Shown in pieces: positions 62,190-64,000 of a stretch of 64,000 nucleotides of DNA. Source of the DNA: Trichodelitschia bisporula. Its lineage: Eukaryota. The translations under genes and the position numbers were made by a program. Within the stretch, counting starts at the first letter, position 1, and every line of letters starts with the position of its first letter. The notes beneath the pieces are model-generated. The model was given only the letters and a program-made list of their open reading frames with translations. It was not told the origin of the DNA and did not search any database. The DNA lies in the NCBI GenBank assembly GCA_010356995.1, contig ML996693.1:806001-870000 (forward strand). The letters are read 5' to 3'.

Positions 62190-62390
62190 GCAGAGATTGT
62201 TACATCGGGGGGGAAACAGATGCATTCTGGTAGGGTTTATGGAGTCAATGTATCGACTGTGATGCTCGCTTGTTTTGCGATTTGGTTGACGTCGACCTGG
62301 GTGAGACACGATGTTTCGTCGGCCAATGGTGTCATCAGTCATGCAAGACACTACTTTTGCCCCAACCTCACATAGCCTGAACAACAGCAT

Positions 62391-63031
62391 TCACTTATGC
62401 TTCAACTTCCTAACCGCAACGGGCTGCCAATCTTTGATGGGCCTACTCGTCTCAACAACCCACAGTTCGCCACCAGGCCACCCTTTCAGTTCCGGGGAAC
62501 CTTCACGGAGGCCAAAGAATTCCGAAACACAATCCTCCAGAAGCCCCCTAAACATCGCATTGAGCTCCTTGTCCGAACTGTCCGGTCAGCATTCACCCTG
62601 CCGTAGGCACCAAACTGAACTCACTACAGCAAACTAACATGCGGATCCCACTCCACAGCGGTCACATCGACCCCCTCACCACACGCCTCGCGCAGACGCT
62701 CGAGCTCTACGCGTTTGACCCGGACGAAGAACCGCTTTGTGAACTCGGACCCGAAGCCTATGGAGGCGAAGTGGACTTCTGGAGCGGGTGGGAGATTGAG
62801 AGCGTCAAGCCAGGACTGCGGAGAAGAGGACAGGTCTGGACTGTGGAAGGTGGACGCCGTTAGGCCGGTTATGAGCGTGATGTGTGGCTCGAAGACGAGA
62901 GGGGGCGAGGCGCAGAGCGGGGAAAAACTATTCGGGATGGTTTCCTTGATGAGTTGAGAGAGGATCATGTTGCTGTGTGATCCTGGGGGTGGGACCAGCC
63001 AGAGGGAGAAGCGGGGGGTGGAGGGCGACAT
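62391..63031 (-). CDS. 2H phosphoesterase, 2',3'-cyclic-nucleotide 3'-phosphodiesterase (Cpd1-like); exons 63031-62625, 62577-62391
   Basis: SLWLVPP, two HxT/S motifs (FEPHITL, WDPHVSLLY); intron 62624-62578 (GTGAGT..CTGAC..CAG) removes the apparent stop and adds GWPGGELWVVETSRPIKDW. Confidence 0.88.
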
Positions 63032-63617
63032 CGTGGGGTTGGGGGACTTGAGATCGTGCTGTGAAGTTTGATGTTGTGCGGTAAGGCTGTCCTGTTCGGA
63101 TGGCGATTCTGCCTTGGCCATACTGTACTCTGACGACCAGTTTTTGAGATCCATAATTTCAATTCAATTCAAAGTCCGGTCTAGGTCCAAACAGTTCGTG
63201 CTGACTTGCCAGTGTCTTCTTCTGATATAGTTAGCACACAGGCGGAGGGTGACTGGCTGGGAGAGATACAGGAGCCATGATGGCGGGGTTGCAATGGAGG
63301 TCAGTTTCTTCTTAGGGACACGTGAAAAAGTCGTGGCCCTGGCCCACATTCATTCGGCTACGTGGAAGGAGAGTAATTTGAGCAGAACCAAGCGTGAGAA
63401 ATGGTTATTTGACTCAATCCTAGTAGATGGCAAGCTGTACTCGATGTAGGAGGGACATCGACGAAATAAGAGCTTGGTGTCGTTGATCACACTGCTTGCA
63501 GTGAGGTACGCAAAGGCCTGGGGGCATATCACGACTTCTTTTGCACTTTGCCCCCACGGGCTGGTAACCGGGGAGCCGGTTCGCTAGCCGCGGACCGGGT
63601 GGCGACTGGTGTTCTTA

Positions 63618-63695
63618 GATCCTTGTGGCGCATTCAGCCTGCCCAAGAACATAGACGAAGGCGTTGTGGATTCTGCGCTCAAGGGGCAGGGCGTC
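63618..63695 (+). pseudogene. Possible degraded fragment of a GMC oxidoreductase C-terminal domain
   Basis: DPCGAFSLPKNIDEGVVDSALKGQGV resembles the GMC motif HPxGTxxM...GVVDxxLKVYGV; the catalytic His position is Asp and no flanking ORF supports it. By-eye resemblance only. Confidence 0.25.
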
Positions 63696-64000
63696 CTTTG
63701 GCACTTGGCTACCCGTAGTTGGGCTTCAGTTTGGTTCAAAAGGCTGAGGAAAGGAGGCCGGCCGGCGGCTCAAGACGGCATGGCTGGTAGTGTGCGAAGC
63801 GGCAGTGCAGACGCTTCTGGCGAAGATCACAAGGCTGGGTGAAGTATGTTGAAGCAGGGGAAGGCGCGGGGATGTGGGTTGCTCCTACCTCCGGCACCCG
63901 GTATCATCGGCACCCTACCCCTGACTCGGCAAGCCGGCGACAATGGCGGCACTCATGAATGCGAGATGGGGTCCTCCATTCATCCACAACGGGCCGGTTC

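Noticed and set aside
62624..62626. Premature stop or pseudogene in the CPD1-like gene
   Set aside because: The TAG overlaps a GTGAGT donor; splicing restores a full C-terminus.

Overview
Eukaryotic, gene-dense fungal DNA (filamentous ascomycete/Pezizomycotina by gene content and by 42-135 nt introns with CTAAC/CTGAC-type branch points; taxonomy is inference). About 23 protein-coding genes were modelled by hand, mostly housekeeping: TIM54, kynurenine formamidase-like hydrolase, a ~3,000-aa low-complexity protein, stomatin-like SPFH protein, U1-type Zn-finger protein, GPN1/NPA3, CRH-family GH16, PGK, SEM1, IML2, peroxisomal acyl-CoA dehydrogenase, FarB/CTF1-beta, ethanolamine kinase, CLC transporter, HAD phosphatase, TPR protein, SBA1/p23, VPS24, SHE4/CRO1, CPD1, plus two small unannotated-looking genes. 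No rRNA, tRNA, CRISPR or intact transposon was seen. Most notable: repeated sharp C-rich to G-rich skew switches that cut through coding sequence; a giant disordered protein with about 17 WG motifs and three PPxY motifs; a CLC with non-canonical gating and proton-site motifs; an ACAD(PTS1)-farB pair with a Far site; three Hsp90 co-chaperone-type genes within 6 kb; and several splicing oddities (GC-AG intron, 18-nt micro-exon, stop-free 3n introns, tandem acceptors). Family assignments come from recognised motifs, not database searches; exon boundaries are manual predictions.
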